Positions 23,945-36,075 of a stretch of 47,172 nucleotides of DNA are shown piece after piece. The notes under the pieces are model-generated. The model was not told the origin of the DNA. It saw only the letters and a list, made by a program, of their open reading frames with translations, and ran no database searches. How positions within the stretch are numbered: position 1 is the first letter of the stretch; each line of letters begins with the position of its first letter. The translations under genes were made by a program, and so were the position numbers. This DNA comes from Chiloscyllium plagiosum (taxonomy: Eukaryota). Location: positions 8,510,279 to 8,557,450 of the forward strand of contig NC_057751.1 in NCBI RefSeq assembly GCF_004010195.1, in the 5' to 3' direction.

Positions 23945-24418
23945 GCAAGGACTGTAACAAACACTACATTAGATAAACAGACAGAAACCTAGCCACCAGG
24001 ATACATGAACATCAACAAGCCACAAAACGACATGACACACTCTCACTACTATTCTTACATACGAATGAGGAAGGACACCACTTCGACTGGGACAATACAT
24101 CCATCCTAAGACAAGCCAAACAGAGACACGCACGAGAATTCCTCGAAGCATGGCATTTCAACCGGAACTCCATCAACAAACACATTGACTTGGATCCAAT
24201 TTACCACCCCCTGAGAAAAAGAACAGGAAATTATGTCACCACAAGAAATTACATCACCAACCCAAGGAAACCTAAACACATAAATAGAAAGCGGGCCATC
24301 CGGAGGCTCACTGATGATGTTAACTAGTATGGTGACGAAATGTCCGAAAACGAACCTTCCAGCTCAGTGAGCAAACCAACATCCAGAACCTCAACCTGAG
24401 CTACAAACCTTCTCAAAA
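23945..24418 (+). mobile_element. Penelope-like retroelement 3' fragment: decayed GIY-YIG endonuclease plus terminal repeat
   Basis: Translates DCNKHYIR*TDRNLATRIHEHQQATKRHD...HHFDWDNTSILRQAKQRHAREFLEAWHFNRNSIN, a degenerate YIGQTGR..L.RI.EH motif. Confidence 0.85.
24311..24345 (+). ncRNA. Type I hammerhead ribozyme motif in the Penelope terminal repeat
   Basis: CTGATGA - stem II GTTAAC/GGTGAC - GAAA - TGTC. Confidence 0.6.
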
Positions 24419-24491
24419 CAGATCTGCACCCAAAACAAGCAGCACAAACTGCACAAATATTAGTCAGCCGTTGTCTTTTGCTGCTCATTAC

Positions 24492-24662
24492 CTGGAAATT
24501 TGTCAAGCTCTCAAGAAATCGATCCACAAAGGCAGCCAGCTCTCTTGCAATCATATCCAAGTGGTCACTTTTAATGTTAGACAGAACAGCTGAGGTCAAG
24601 GAACTATCTGGTGTGGCAGGACAGTGGACCTGAGCCGAAGTCTCTTGTAATTTAAATTTCCA
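24492..24662 (-). CDS. Candidate coding exon (phase 0-0, 57 aa), unidentified
   Basis: Acceptor TGTGTGTTTGTCAG, donor CAG|GTAATG; WKFKLQETSAQVHCPATPDSSLTSAVLSNIKSDHLDMIARELAAFVDRFLESLTNFQ; other frames closed. Confidence 0.4.
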
Positions 24663-24878
24663 CTGACAAACACACACACACATACAAGCAAACCTGAAGC
24701 AGCAGTCATTGCAATTGACTTCATTTTGACCAGCCCTATCCCCTTACATTGATTCAACATAAAGCAGACAGTACCAATTGACATTTGGAGTTCGCTTCCC
24801 AGAATGAAACAAAAAGAGTGTTTGTGTTAGAAAGTTGACCAGCACAGAAGGGGACAAATTGGACAGCATGCTCCTCAC

Positions 24879-24907
24879 CTTTGGGCTTGAAGCTGCCTTC
24901 TGTTCTC
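24879..24907 (-). CDS. Candidate 29-nt micro-exon (EQKAASSPK)
   Basis: Acceptor TTTCATTTCTGCTTTGTTCAG, donor AAG|GTGAGG; phase 1 to 0 joins in frame to 24492-24662. Confidence 0.35.
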
Positions 24908-25862
24908 CTGAACAAAGCAGAAATGAAATTATTTCAGGTTGTCTCCCAAGGAGCTATTGTTCAACAGGGAGCTGTTTTTGATGGGACACAGGGGAGAGGC
25001 AGATCGCCTTTGTTCTGTCTTGCAAAAATTCTGCAAAGTGAATTGGCGCAGTACGACGGAGCCATTGCCAGAAAAGCCAGGATTTGATTGCCCCTTCCAA
25101 ATGGAAACAGATGTCTCTGATGCTGTGAAGGGAAATCTTTTTAATATAATTGAGAAACTTGACAGGTTTGGAACATTTCTGAAGCCGATTTCCTGCTCCA
25201 AGTCTCAGCAACACTGCATGTGGAATCGTTGTCTGGTCCCATGATGTCTGCTGTGGCCTCAAACATCTGTACTGTTAATTAACATGTTGCCCTGATGGTG
25301 GCACTACACTGCTGGTGTCCTTACATTCACGAAGCAACACCGCCTGTGTCTAATTTAATTCTTGACAGGACTCAAATCATGTTTCAGCTTCTTACAAAAT
25401 TTCATTCAACCAAGAAACACAGAGCCATTTCGTCCCCTTTCAGTAAATGAAAGAACACATACTTAAATAAATATGCAAGCCACCAATAGCCAAGTCAGAC
25501 AAGAAGCTTTACTATTTAAGTCACAGTGATGCAGTGGGACATATATATATCGCAGTTTAATTATCTGCTTATTCCTCTGGCAACTAGCTTTCTGTTGAAC
25601 AGAAGCTCCTCCAGAGACAACTGAAAAAGAGTACTTTATCTTTTGCTTTATCTTTTGGTTTGAGCTAACACGAGGCACCTTCAAGCCCTAGGAAGAGGAA
25701 ATTGAGGAATGAGCTGGCCAAAATGCAACCTTTGGCAAACAGATAACCAGACGAGAAAAATCAAATAGCGCTTCGCACACACAAGACTCATCAGTGCATC
25801 CCCTCTCCTCCAATCTCCAAACCATTTGATCTTTGCTCAGTGCCAGCTGAACAGATCTAACT

Positions 25863-28205
25863 GTGTCAAATCCACAACACATAGTATTTGCTGAAGACGC
25901 CTTTGATGTTTCTCAACAACTGAGTCTGTGGCAGGTGGTGAGGGAACAGACAAGAAAGAAAAACATGCTTGACCTCAACCTCATCAATCTTAATGCCATC
26001 AATGGATCTGACCATGACAGTATTGGTGAGAGTGACAACCGCAAAGCCCTTGTGAATTTCCTTCTTAAAGTAAAGATATCCTCCATTGTATTGTTGGGCA
26101 GCTTCATGGTACTAAGTGGGAGAGACTTTGAACAGATCTAGCAGATCATAAGCATCCATGCATTGTTGTGGACCATTAGCATCACCAAAATTGTATCTAA
26201 GCACAACCTTTCACCTCATGACCCGACATATCCCTCACTGTACTTACCATCAAGCCCAGGGATCAACCCAGCTTCAATGCAGTGTGCAGGAGAGCATGCT
26301 GGGAGCAGCACAGCAAATATGAAGTGTCAATCTGATGAAGCTACCAAACAGAACTACTTGCATGCCAAACAGCAAAAAAACAGCAAGTGATGAGATTTAA
26401 GCTATGTTATTCTGCCACACTCAATCTTAAACAGTGGTGGACATTTCAGCAACTCACGGGACTACAGGTTCAACAAATATCCACAATCCAAAGCTGATGC
26501 ATTCGCAACAATCTATAACCAGAAGTAGGTAAAAACAATGACTGCAGATGCTGGAAACCAGACTCTGGAGTAGAGTGGTGCTGGAAAAGTGCTGCAGCAG
26601 TTCAGGCAGCATCCGAGGAGCAGGAAAATCGACATTTCGGGCAAAAGCCCTTCATCAGGCTATAACCAGAAGTGCCAACTTAATGATTCTTCTCAGCCTC
26701 CTCCAGAGGTTCCCAGCATCACAGAAGAAAGTATTCAACCAATTTGACGCACTCCACCTGAAATCAAATCACTGCTGGAGGGACTGGATCCTGCAAAGGT
26801 TTTGGGCTCTAACATTCTAGCAACAGTACTGAAGACATGTGCTGTAGAACTTGGCGATGTCCTTAGCCAAGGTGTTCCAGTTCTGCTGCAATTTTGGGAT
26901 CTGCCCAACCAAGTGGAAAGTTATCTCGGTATATCCTGTATGCAAAAAGGAAATAAAATCCAACCCAGTCAATTACTACTCTATCACTCTACTCTCAATC
27001 ATCAGTTAAGTGTCAACAACAGAGCTATCAAGCAGCACTTGCTGAGGAATAACGCACTCACTAATGCTCAATTTGGGCTCCGCCATAGCCATTCAACTCC
27101 TAACATCATTACAGCCTCAGTTCAAACCTGGACAAAAGAAGTGAATTTCAGAAGTGAGGTGAGAGTGACAGCCCTTGACATCAGGCCGTGGTATCACGGA
27201 GCCACAGCAAAACTGACATCATTGGGAATCAGGGAGAAAACTCTTCACTAGTTTGAATTTTATCTGGTTTTCAAAGATCAATCATCTCAGCTCCAGTTCC
27301 TCGCTCCAACCACCTTCAGCTACTTCATGAATGACCTTCCCTCCAACATAAGGTCAGGAGTGGGGAATATTCACTGATGATGGGACAATTTCAGCACTAT
27401 TTGCAACTCCTTAGATGCTGAAGCGGCCCATACCCAAATGCAGCAAGACCTGCACAACATTCAGGCTTGGGCTGAAAATTGGCAGGTAACATTCCCATCA
27501 CTGACCATCTGCAACAAGAGAGAATCTATCCGTTACCCATCAATGGCATTACAATCCATGAATTCCCCCACTATCAATTTCCTGGAGGTTACCTTTGACC
27601 AGAAACTGAAGTGGATTCATCAAATGAACACTGTAGTGACAAGAGTAGGTCAGAGACTTGGAACAATGCAGTGGGTAATCAATTCCTGACTCTACAAAGC
27701 GCGTCCCTCATTTACAAGGCATAAGTCAGGCGTGTGACAGAACACTCCCCACTTGTCTGCGTGAGGGCAGCTCCAAAAACACTCAATTAGCTTGAACACC
27801 ATCAAGGAGAAACAGCCTAATTGATTGGCATCACATCCACGAACATTTACTCACTTGACCACCACTGCTCAGTAGCAGCAGTATGTAAAATCTTAAAGAG
27901 GCACTGCATATATCCACGAATGCTCCTTGGACAGTACCTTCCAAGCCCACAAGTACGACCATCTACAAAGACAAGGGCAGCAAAAATACACCACCTGCAA
28001 GTTCACCTCCAAGCAGCTCACAATGCTGACCTGGAAATATATTGCTGTTCCTGGGTCAAATTTCAGGAACTCCCTCCCTAACAGCACCGTGGATGTGCCT
28101 ACATCAAATAAACTGCGGCAATTGAAGACAGCAGCAAATCATCACCTTCTCGAAGTCAACTTAGAATGATCAATGAATGCAACACCCACCTCTCCAAAAT
28201 GAATA
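25863..28205 (+). mobile_element. CR1/L2-group LINE, 5'-truncated and frameshifted (end of APE endonuclease, RT, 3' end)
   Basis: QVVREQTRKKNMLDL..SD (APE end), NAQFGLRHSHST..VTALDI, MNDLP..FTDD, MQQDLHNIQAWAENWQVTF. Confidence 0.9.
26527..26659. mobile_element. Short Penelope-derived hammerhead element nested in the LINE
   Basis: 14-bp TSD CTATAACCAGAAGT at 26513-26526 and 26660-26673; minus strand CTGATGAAGGGCTTTTGCCCGAAATGTC. Confidence 0.85.
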
Positions 28206-28522
28206 AGGAGAAAAGGGGATGAATTACAAATGAATGGGGATTGCATAACTTTTATTCTGTATCGAAAACATACTGGAATGTTTGATATGCAACTATTGAG
28301 TAGACTTTGTTGTACTTTCAACGTACAAATCCAATGACATGATATCCAATGTCATCCAGTTTGTCAACATGCCTAAGTCTGGTGTGTTCTTGTAGATATT
28401 GCAATATAATGAGAATGGATATGATAATAAGATAAGTAGCATGGTCTCATGGTGGCATCAGCAGTCACAACAGAGTCCTCCATACTGGTGAAAGGTGTAC
28501 TGACACAATGGTATTGTGTGTA

Positions 28523-29422
28523 TGTTACAGACCAGGCCAGACCTCATCAAAACATTTTAAGAAGGTAGCCCCAGCATAATTTTCTAGTTGCTTTAAGCAG
28601 GTCAATAGTGGATATTCCAGGAGTGATGCAGCTGGCCCAATCACTCAGTTTCAAACAAAATGGAATTTATTTATACATGAGCAAAACAGAACAGAATATA
28701 GAATAACCCAACTTGCCTGAAAACCAAATCGACTCTATCACAATTTAGATTAGATTACATTACAGTGTGGAAACAGGCCCTTCGGCCCAATAAGTCCATA
28801 CCAACCCGCCGAAGCGCAACCCACCCATACCCCTACATTTACCCCTTACCTAACACTACGGGCAATTTAGCATGGCCAATTCACCTAACCTGCACATCTT
28901 TGGACTGTGGGAGGAAACCGGAGACGTGCAAACTCCACACAGTCAGTCGCCTGAGGCGGGAATTGAACCCGGGTCTCTGGCGCTGTGAGACAGCAGTGCT
29001 AACCACTGTGCCACCGTGCTGCCCACTATTTAATGACACTATTCCAAATACTTGCAACATCCCCATAAACACTGCCTTGGCCAAAAGGAAAATTCAAACA
29101 CAGGTTTTTATAAGAGAGATGTCAAGGAGAGAGGGAGAGAGAGAGAATCAGCATGGAACTGCTTCTTTGGGACCCCCCAGCAGCTTCTGTAGGTTCCCAG
29201 CTAAAACTTGACCAGCAGCTGCAAACAAAACAGCTTGGTAAAATCAAACCAAACCCTGAACTGGGTGAACTGGCCACTCTCCTTTCATTGTACAAGTGTT
29301 TTCCAACGAACACTTAAAAGCTTTGTCGAGTAGATATTTCCAGACATATCGGGACTTCTGCCTTTACAACTCCTCTGAAAAAAAGGTCAGAATAACCTTA
29401 TTAAAGGAGCAGCACTGTCACA
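28523..29422 (-). mobile_element. Solo LTR interrupted by an HE1 SINE
   Basis: TGTTAC...TGTCACA; collinear with 17796-18355. Confidence 0.65.
28746..29024 (-). mobile_element. HE1/V-SINE, near full length
   Basis: Minus strand GGGCAGCACGGTGGCACAGTGGTTAGCACTGCTG..GGGTTCAATTCCC (A/B boxes), V domain, CR1-type tail; imperfect TSD CAC(A/T)ATTTA. Confidence 0.9.
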
Positions 29423-30843
29423 CATGCAACAGTGAAAATAAATAAGTTTGCAGAAACTAGTTGGAGAGCAATCACTCAGAGGTGAGGGGAAATGAATTAC
29501 AGGCCTCAAGCCTCCAGCAGAGACAACGATAGACACTTCTCCAATGTGTAGAACGAACCCCAAGCCACAACCTTCAAGGCAAAACAAATCATAATCTTCA
29601 CGCGTGAATGCCCAGATAAAGTTACGATTCAGGTCAGTTATGGTCCAATTGAATGTCTGTACAGGTTCAAGGGGCTGAATGGACTTTTCTTGATCCTGTG
29701 TTCCTAACTGCCCAAATTTCAATGCATCAAGTCATTCACTTTCATCCACAAAACCCAACGAAACCAAAAATACATCAAAGGGTTTGGATAATAACTGCTA
29801 ACCAGCAAAAGAACAGAATCTTACAACAAATGTGCTCAAACCAACTATGCATGACCTTAATACTTCTGAAATGGATTAGATTTAAAATGACTCTTGTGTA
29901 ATAAGGTCCATTAATAGCTTATCTCCATCATCTACTTTTCATCAAATGCAGAAATCTTTCAGAATAATGAGCTTAAAAGCCCAGCTGGAGTGTAATTTGT
30001 TGGAAGTGAATAAATTGTTTTTTCTTAACCCTTAGATAGCTCGTACATCTCCCAAACAAGCCAAATACTCCTTAGCTCTTGCAGCGTGACAATAAGACAG
30101 ACATCAAAATTACAGCAAGGCAGCTGTTCCAGAGTCAAGAAAACATGATCACAGCTGCATTCACTGAAGGTGGCGTTTTAAAAATATGTTACCTTAAATA
30201 CACTGTAAATAGCCTGCTTTCTCTGGAGTCTCAGCATCTCTCATGGAAGAAGATTAACTTGCCAAGAATTAGAATTCAAATCATCACAAACAGGAAGCCT
30301 TTCAGGCAAATTATATTGCCAATTAGAAACATTATGCTCCTGCTGACTGTCAGTGAGATTTCATTGGAAGGTAACCTGTTGGTGACACATCTAAGTTTGC
30401 ATTGGACACTTGACAGAAATTTCCATGTTTAATTATGCAACCTGTCATTAAAATTCATGATCTATGTGTAAATGATAAACTTTTACCTATTCATGCTGCC
30501 GATTACCTCAGTTTAAAATCATCTTGAGATTCTGGCAGCTTGTCTTTGGTTGTTTACCGAAAAAAAACAATCTGAATTTATCTTAATCACCAGAATACCT
30601 TCCAATATGTTTTGAAAACCGTGATCAACTGCTTCCACGGCCTTCTTGTTTCAAGATAATACAGTGCGAGTCCCTTGTGCCAAATGATACCTTAATCAAT
30701 CATTCTCCAAGACTATTGAGTCTGTCATCCTGCCAGGAACCCAAAAGCTCTTCTGCATCACAGATGAGATCCAAGTATCATCATGACCTCTTGACTGTCA
30801 GAATTATTTTCCGTATGAATTTAAACGTCCTGTCTGCCAATAC

Positions 30844-30881
30844 CTTCTAAAATCTCATGATCACATCTGTGGATATTTCTT
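30844..30881 (-). CDS. Candidate 38-nt exon (RNIHRCDHEILE), phase 2 to 1
   Basis: Weak acceptor ATGATTTTAG, donor AAG|GTATTG; chosen mainly because it bridges phases. Confidence 0.15.
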
Positions 30882-30944
30882 CTAAAATCATAATTGAAAG
30901 CGTGTCCCCACATTCATTCCAAGAACCCTCAGCCCTGTGTTTGA

Positions 30945-31350
30945 GGTTGGGAGATCAAACTCCAATTAAGGACTTGAGTGCACAATCTCGGTTGACATTT
31001 GGTGCTGAGCAAGTGCTGCAATGTGCAAGGAGCTGGAATACGGATGTTAAGTTAAAACAAAGCTCTTGAGTGTCCCTGTGATGAACCAAAGATCCATTAA
31101 CATACACAAGGGAAAAGAGGGGAGCATTCCTCATGACCTGTTCCATATCTGTTCTCCAGTCACCAACATTAAATTCAAGTCACTGGGACTTGAATTACAA
31201 AAATTGGCTTTTGCATTTCTTACATTGCAACAGCATTTGTATGTTTAGATTAGAATGGTGCTGAAAAAGCACAGCAGGAAAATCAACGTTTCGGGCAAAA
31301 GCCCTTCATCAGGAATTATATGTCATTAGTACTTCACTGGCTCCGATACA
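30945..31350 (+). mobile_element. DeuSINE (SacSINE1-like) interrupted by a Penelope-derived fragment
   Basis: GACTTGAGTGCACAATCT..GTGCTGCA..AAAGATCCA..AAATTGGCT..TACATTGCAACAG..AGTACTTCACTGGCT. Confidence 0.7.
31281..31317 (-). ncRNA. Minimal type I hammerhead ribozyme motif in a Penelope-derived insert (31245-31317)
   Basis: Minus strand AATTCCTGATGAAGGGCTTTTGCCCGAAACGTTGATT: CUGAUGA core, GGGC/GCCC stem II, GAAAC-GUU. Confidence 0.65.
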
Positions 31351-32059
31351 GTTTGTGACATTCTTGAAATGTATAACATCTAACCAGGTCTATCCATTGT
31401 CTCTCATTCAGGACTCTGGTAAATTTCTTATCATTGACAGAAAGCCAGTGGGTGGATAGTTACTTATCACTCTCGGCTCGTTGAACATACATTAACATTT
31501 ACAACTCCCAGTCCAGTGAAGAGCTCCTATTCTGAAATAAATTGGTAAAGGCACCACCAATAACTACCCCTCACCCTCAGTACACACTCACATCCTCGGA
31601 CATTCATGGGTGCATAAATCCTGGATTGCACAGATTGGGGTCAGTCCCTTAAAAAAACACTCACTTCATAAGTATATATATATTTCCATCACACACTTTT
31701 CAACTTCCTGATTCAGGAACCTTTGAAGACTTCTCTCAATCGTCTCAGCAGTAATTACTTCATTAAACAACTCTGCCATTTCCCTAGTGACTGAAATAAT
31801 CTCACTAGGGCTCATTTTTGAATGACACCAAGCTCCTTTTAATGATTCTCTTTATCCTAATGTCTTTATAAGATGATTGCTTTTCCCCATTAAGCAAGCT
31901 GATATCTATTTTATATCCCCTCATTGCTCCCCATCCCTTAGTTGTGGATTACATCATTTCACATCACTCTCTTTTGCTTTATTACTTGAATTTTTTTTCT
32001 GCACTCATTTTTACAACTTCTTTTAAAATGTTCAAATTGGCTGATGTTATTTTAAATGC

Positions 32060-33500
32060 ATTTTGCAAATGTGGGTGCTGCAGGATTATCTTATATCATC
32101 TGTCCCAAACTGAGAATTTGGTGGTGAGCTGCCCACTTGATCCACTGCATACCTCATAATGTTAGGGACAAAGTTCTATGATTTTGGCCTGGCATCAATG
32201 ACAAACATACTTCCACGTCAGGATGGTGTTTGGCTTAATGGGGAACTCATGGTGCTCTCATCAGACTCCTGCCATTATTCTTCCAGATGGCAAAAGTTGA
32301 GAGTTTGGATGATGCTGCTGAATGAGACTTGGTTTGTTAAAAGTGCATCACACGGACTTTGCAAAACTCTGCCAGTGTGTGTTGTTGGTGGAAGGATTGT
32401 AAATTCAAGTTGGTGGATGCAGTGTCAATCAAGTGAACTACCTTGTCCAGAATGATCTGGAACTTCTTGAGTGTTGTTCTCAGCAGAAAGATAGGACTTT
32501 GGCTCCAAATGACTCTGTGGAGTCAACTTCTACCAACACAACTAAAGGTGGATGCAGCTGCATCAAGTACAGTGGACAGGATAAGTTGTGTCAGGTTCTC
32601 TCTGCTGTTTGTTCTCCTGCACCTGCTGCAGGCTTTGTCAAGCAAGCTGTGTCCTTTAGGAGTGGGATACCTCAGCCAATTCTGTTATAACAAATCACTT
32701 TTGGTGTTGGACATTAAGGTCCCAAACTCAGGTTTGAGTTTGTGCCCTTCAAAGCACACAATTCTCCCAGTAACATATCTAGCCAAACCTTCAGGCATCA
32801 ATGCCTCGACATGTGGGCAGTCTGCAAGTGACACCTTGGATTTTTCAGTCATCTCAGAACCCATTGAACTGGAGTGTAAGCATGACATCCTCAATGAACT
32901 GCTGAAGAAAAAGATGATTGTGTATCTTTCTTACCCTTAATTCAACAGGCAGTGGTCCTGAATCGACTAGTGAGGGAAGTAAAGTAGGTGTTAACCACAT
33001 CTGACCTTCTGTCGTAGGACACTGAGGACACAGCAACCTTGCTGAAGACTCTCAGGGCCACTCCTTTTGACTGTATACTATTGTGCCATCATCCATGTGG
33101 GTCTGTCCTGCCTTGGGATAGGATATGTTGTAGGATTGCATTGGAGCGACCCGTGATGGTGGTTGTAAGGTAGACTCGGGGCTGATTTACCTGATGTAGC
33201 AATGCTTATTTTATCTCCCCATTAGGTAAGAAACTTGGCATGAATATTGTTGCTTTAACAGAATCCAACAGTCATTTGTGACAACTAACCATGAGGCACT
33301 GTTCAGCGATGTAGGTTTTCAGGCTAACATGAAACTATGAGAATACAACAGAAGAGCATGCTTCTGGTCAAATATTATGCTTCAAGTGATCAGAGTAAAG
33401 CCAGTGTCCATGAAACCTTTACACCCTCAGGCCATGTTACGATAAGTGATAATATCAAGTGCACATCTCTTCAAGGAATGCTGTATTACTGACTATGAGA
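32060..33500 (-). mobile_element. Old degenerate antisense CR1/L2-group LINE fragments
   Basis: GGTGGTGAGCTGCC and CTTCTTGAGTGTTGTT are antisense to motifs of the 25863-28205 family; support is weaker beyond about 32480. Confidence 0.5.
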
Positions 33501-33593
33501 CATAATACAACTTGATTATTTTACTATGATGATTTCCATGTTTGGGACTGGTCTCCCCATTCTGACACAGGATTATTTGACATCATGACTATA

Positions 33594-33670
33594 ACGACTG
33601 TTGGACTATAACCTGGTGTCATGTGACTTTTGATCTTGTCCACCCCAGTCCAACACCAGCTCCTCCACAA
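33594..33670. mobile_element. Penelope-like terminal fragment, second family
   Basis: CTGTTGGACTATAACCTGGTGT..GTCCACCCCAGTCCAACACC..CTCCACA, a recalled shark PLE terminus. Confidence 0.5.
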
Positions 33671-33761
33671 CTTTATAAAAAGGGACTTCAGATGATTAAT
33701 TGGTGTAAGTGGGCCCTTGTCACATCTGATGACTACTTCAACAGCAGGTGTCCTTGTGATG

Positions 33762-34054
33762 AGATTAGATTCCCTACAGTATGGAAACAGGCCCTTTAGC
33801 CCAACAAGTCCACACCGACGCTCCGAAGAGTAAGCCACCCAAACCCATTCCTCTGAAAGATGCACCTAACACTGTGGGCAATTCAGCATTGCTAATTCAC
33901 CTGGCCTGCACATCTTTGGATTGTGGGAGGAAGCCCGCACAGACAGGGGAAGAATGTGCAAACTCCATACAGACGGTCACCCAAGGCTGGAATTGAACCT
34001 GGGTCCCTGGCACTATCAAGCAGCAGTGCTAACCACTAAGCCAACGTGCTGCCC
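33762..34054 (-). mobile_element. HE1/V-SINE
   Basis: Collinear with 28746-29024. Confidence 0.9.
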
Positions 34055-34122
34055 TTCAAGCAACAACAACTACAGATCCTGCAAGTGTGAACCTGTCTCT
34101 TGCCAATGCGACACCTGATCAA

Positions 34123-34189
34123 TGTGGGGATTGAACCCACGACTTTGATGTTATTAGCACGACATTGTAACCAGCTGAGCTAACTAACC
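34123..34189 (-). pseudogene. tRNA-Ile(AAT)-derived pseudogene or SINE head
   Basis: Minus strand GGTTAGTTAGCTCAGCTGGTTACAATGTCGTGCTAATAACATCAAAGTCGTGGGTTCAATCCCCACA resembles vertebrate tRNA-Ile-AAT; stems disrupted. Confidence 0.7.
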
Positions 34190-34417
34190 ACCCCGATATT
34201 TTTCTTTTTAGTGCATCTTATTGGAACTTTGGTACTATGGAGCACTTGTTGGGCGTTACATAGTCAACCACACTGCTGTAGTTCTGGAGTAACATGTCAG
34301 CCACACCAGTGAAGGACATATGATTTCCTTCACTGAAAGGCAACACACCTCAGAGTTCCAATCCCATCAAGGCAGCTAAGAAATTTAAATTAATTTGTAA
34401 AAATCCAAGAGAGTACA

Positions 34418-34627
34418 AGAGAAAGTGAGGACTGCAGATGCTGGAGAGTCAGAGTCAAAAAGTGTGGCTCTGGAAAAGCACAGCTCATCAGGCAGCATCC
34501 GAGGAGCAGGACAGTCGACATTTTGAGCGTAAGCCCCTTCATCAGGAATTCCTCGAAATGTTGACTCTCTTGCTCCTCGGATGCTGCCTGACCTGCTGTG
34601 CTTTTCCAGTGCCACACTCTTTGACTC
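34418..34627. mobile_element. Palindromic Penelope-derived element
   Basis: Arm ..GGAAAAGCACAGC..GGCAGCATCCGAGGAGCA.. and its inverted copy around CCTTCATCAGGAATTCC. Confidence 0.8.
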
Positions 34628-36075
34628 CTAGGAAGTACAGCTACGTGATTAACCCCTAAGTTCTCTCCAAAATGTCTGGGCAAACCACTCAGTTCAAGGG
34701 TCATTAGGAATGGGAAGTAAATAGTAGCCATGTCAGCAACACGCACATCCAGAAACCAAAGGAAATCACAATTCCAAGCTGTGGAATTACTACCTCATAA
34801 CAGAACAAAATTGCTCCAACATAGTTGATAGACATAAGATATTTTTGTAAAACGAATAATGATCAGTACTGCATCTGAGGTGCTTACGCAATTTCTTGCC
34901 TTTAAACAACGTCAACCAAACAGATGAAACTCTTCCCTATCTCTAAGTCTGATCAGTTTGGTAACTGTGTCTCGGCTGAGAAACTTAACGGTAGTTGTGT
35001 GGATTAAATAAAGGCTGTGAGTTGTTCAAAATGGACATGTTTTATTCCACAGTTCTTTCTCTCCAGAAAATAGGTTTGGATTGTGTATTTAAGAAAAACA
35101 TTTGGATTAACCCCTGTAAATAGTCTCAAGGTATTCATAAAATCCCTTCATAAAGATGTTGTACATTCAGTCATGTCCATTCCACTGGAAAAAATCTGAT
35201 AATCAAAGTATTTCAGCCTATAACAAAAACGCAATGACATTGCAATGAAAATATAGCAAATCCCAAAAATAATTTGAGCTTTCACTCTCCTTAATGATTG
35301 TGCTGGCTGACTTGGTCCAAATGGGTTGATGAATTTTCTAATATCTACTCAACAGCACCTGATATTTCTTGTGACATTTGATTGTCACATTTAAGATTGC
35401 ATTTTTAGTACAGAAATTGTTTGTTATATTCACCGCCCAGTCAAATCATATTTCACAGTCTACCACAGAAACAGAGGGAAAAAAACACCACTGTCACTTT
35501 TGCTAGCCTCTCTGTGTGTCTGAGAGACGAAGAAGAACAATGAGTATTATACCCATCATGTTGACCGAATGGGAATTTTTCTGGTCTGAAATGCAAATGG
35601 AAATGCCATTCTTAATGGAAACCCTATAGTCGAGGGCAGTGGAAAGAGGTGGAGGTTACCCTCAAATGAAAGTAAAAGTGAATAGAGTGTGACATGAATG
35701 TCCAATCCAAACCCAAGCACAACCTAATCCTGTCAGTAGGATCCCATTAAAAATTGAGGCAGTAATCCTCACCAGGGAATGTAGAAATGCCTGTGCAACT
35801 GAAACATGGGAAGAACCTGTCTGTGGTCAGTAACTCAGTGACAAAGTTGCAGCATTGCTTACAGCACAACTATTTATCCAGCCCAAAACAGAATCACCTA
35901 AACAGCCACTGAACCACCAGAAACTGAAAGCATTAATAGAATGTGGGCCATGCCAAAGCAGGTGCTCAATGGAAATTTCAACCCAAGTGAAGCCAGAAAC
36001 CAAAACTTGCTGAAAAAACATTTGCAGGACAACATGATGGATAAATTCCCATCCTTATCTTCAAATCTCACAAGT

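Noticed and set aside
24929..25262. Several overlapping 90-100 aa ORFs on both strands
   Set aside because: No consistent splice donor and no recognisable motif.
28765..29211. 148-aa ORF
   Set aside because: Antisense read of an HE1 SINE running into LTR sequence.
32443..32940. 165-aa hydrophobic ORF
   Set aside because: Begins in antisense LINE sequence; no domain or splice support.
35898..36010. Minus-strand acceptor TTTTTTCAG with short open frames
   Set aside because: The phase needed to join the 36785 donor ends in a stop without a good donor.
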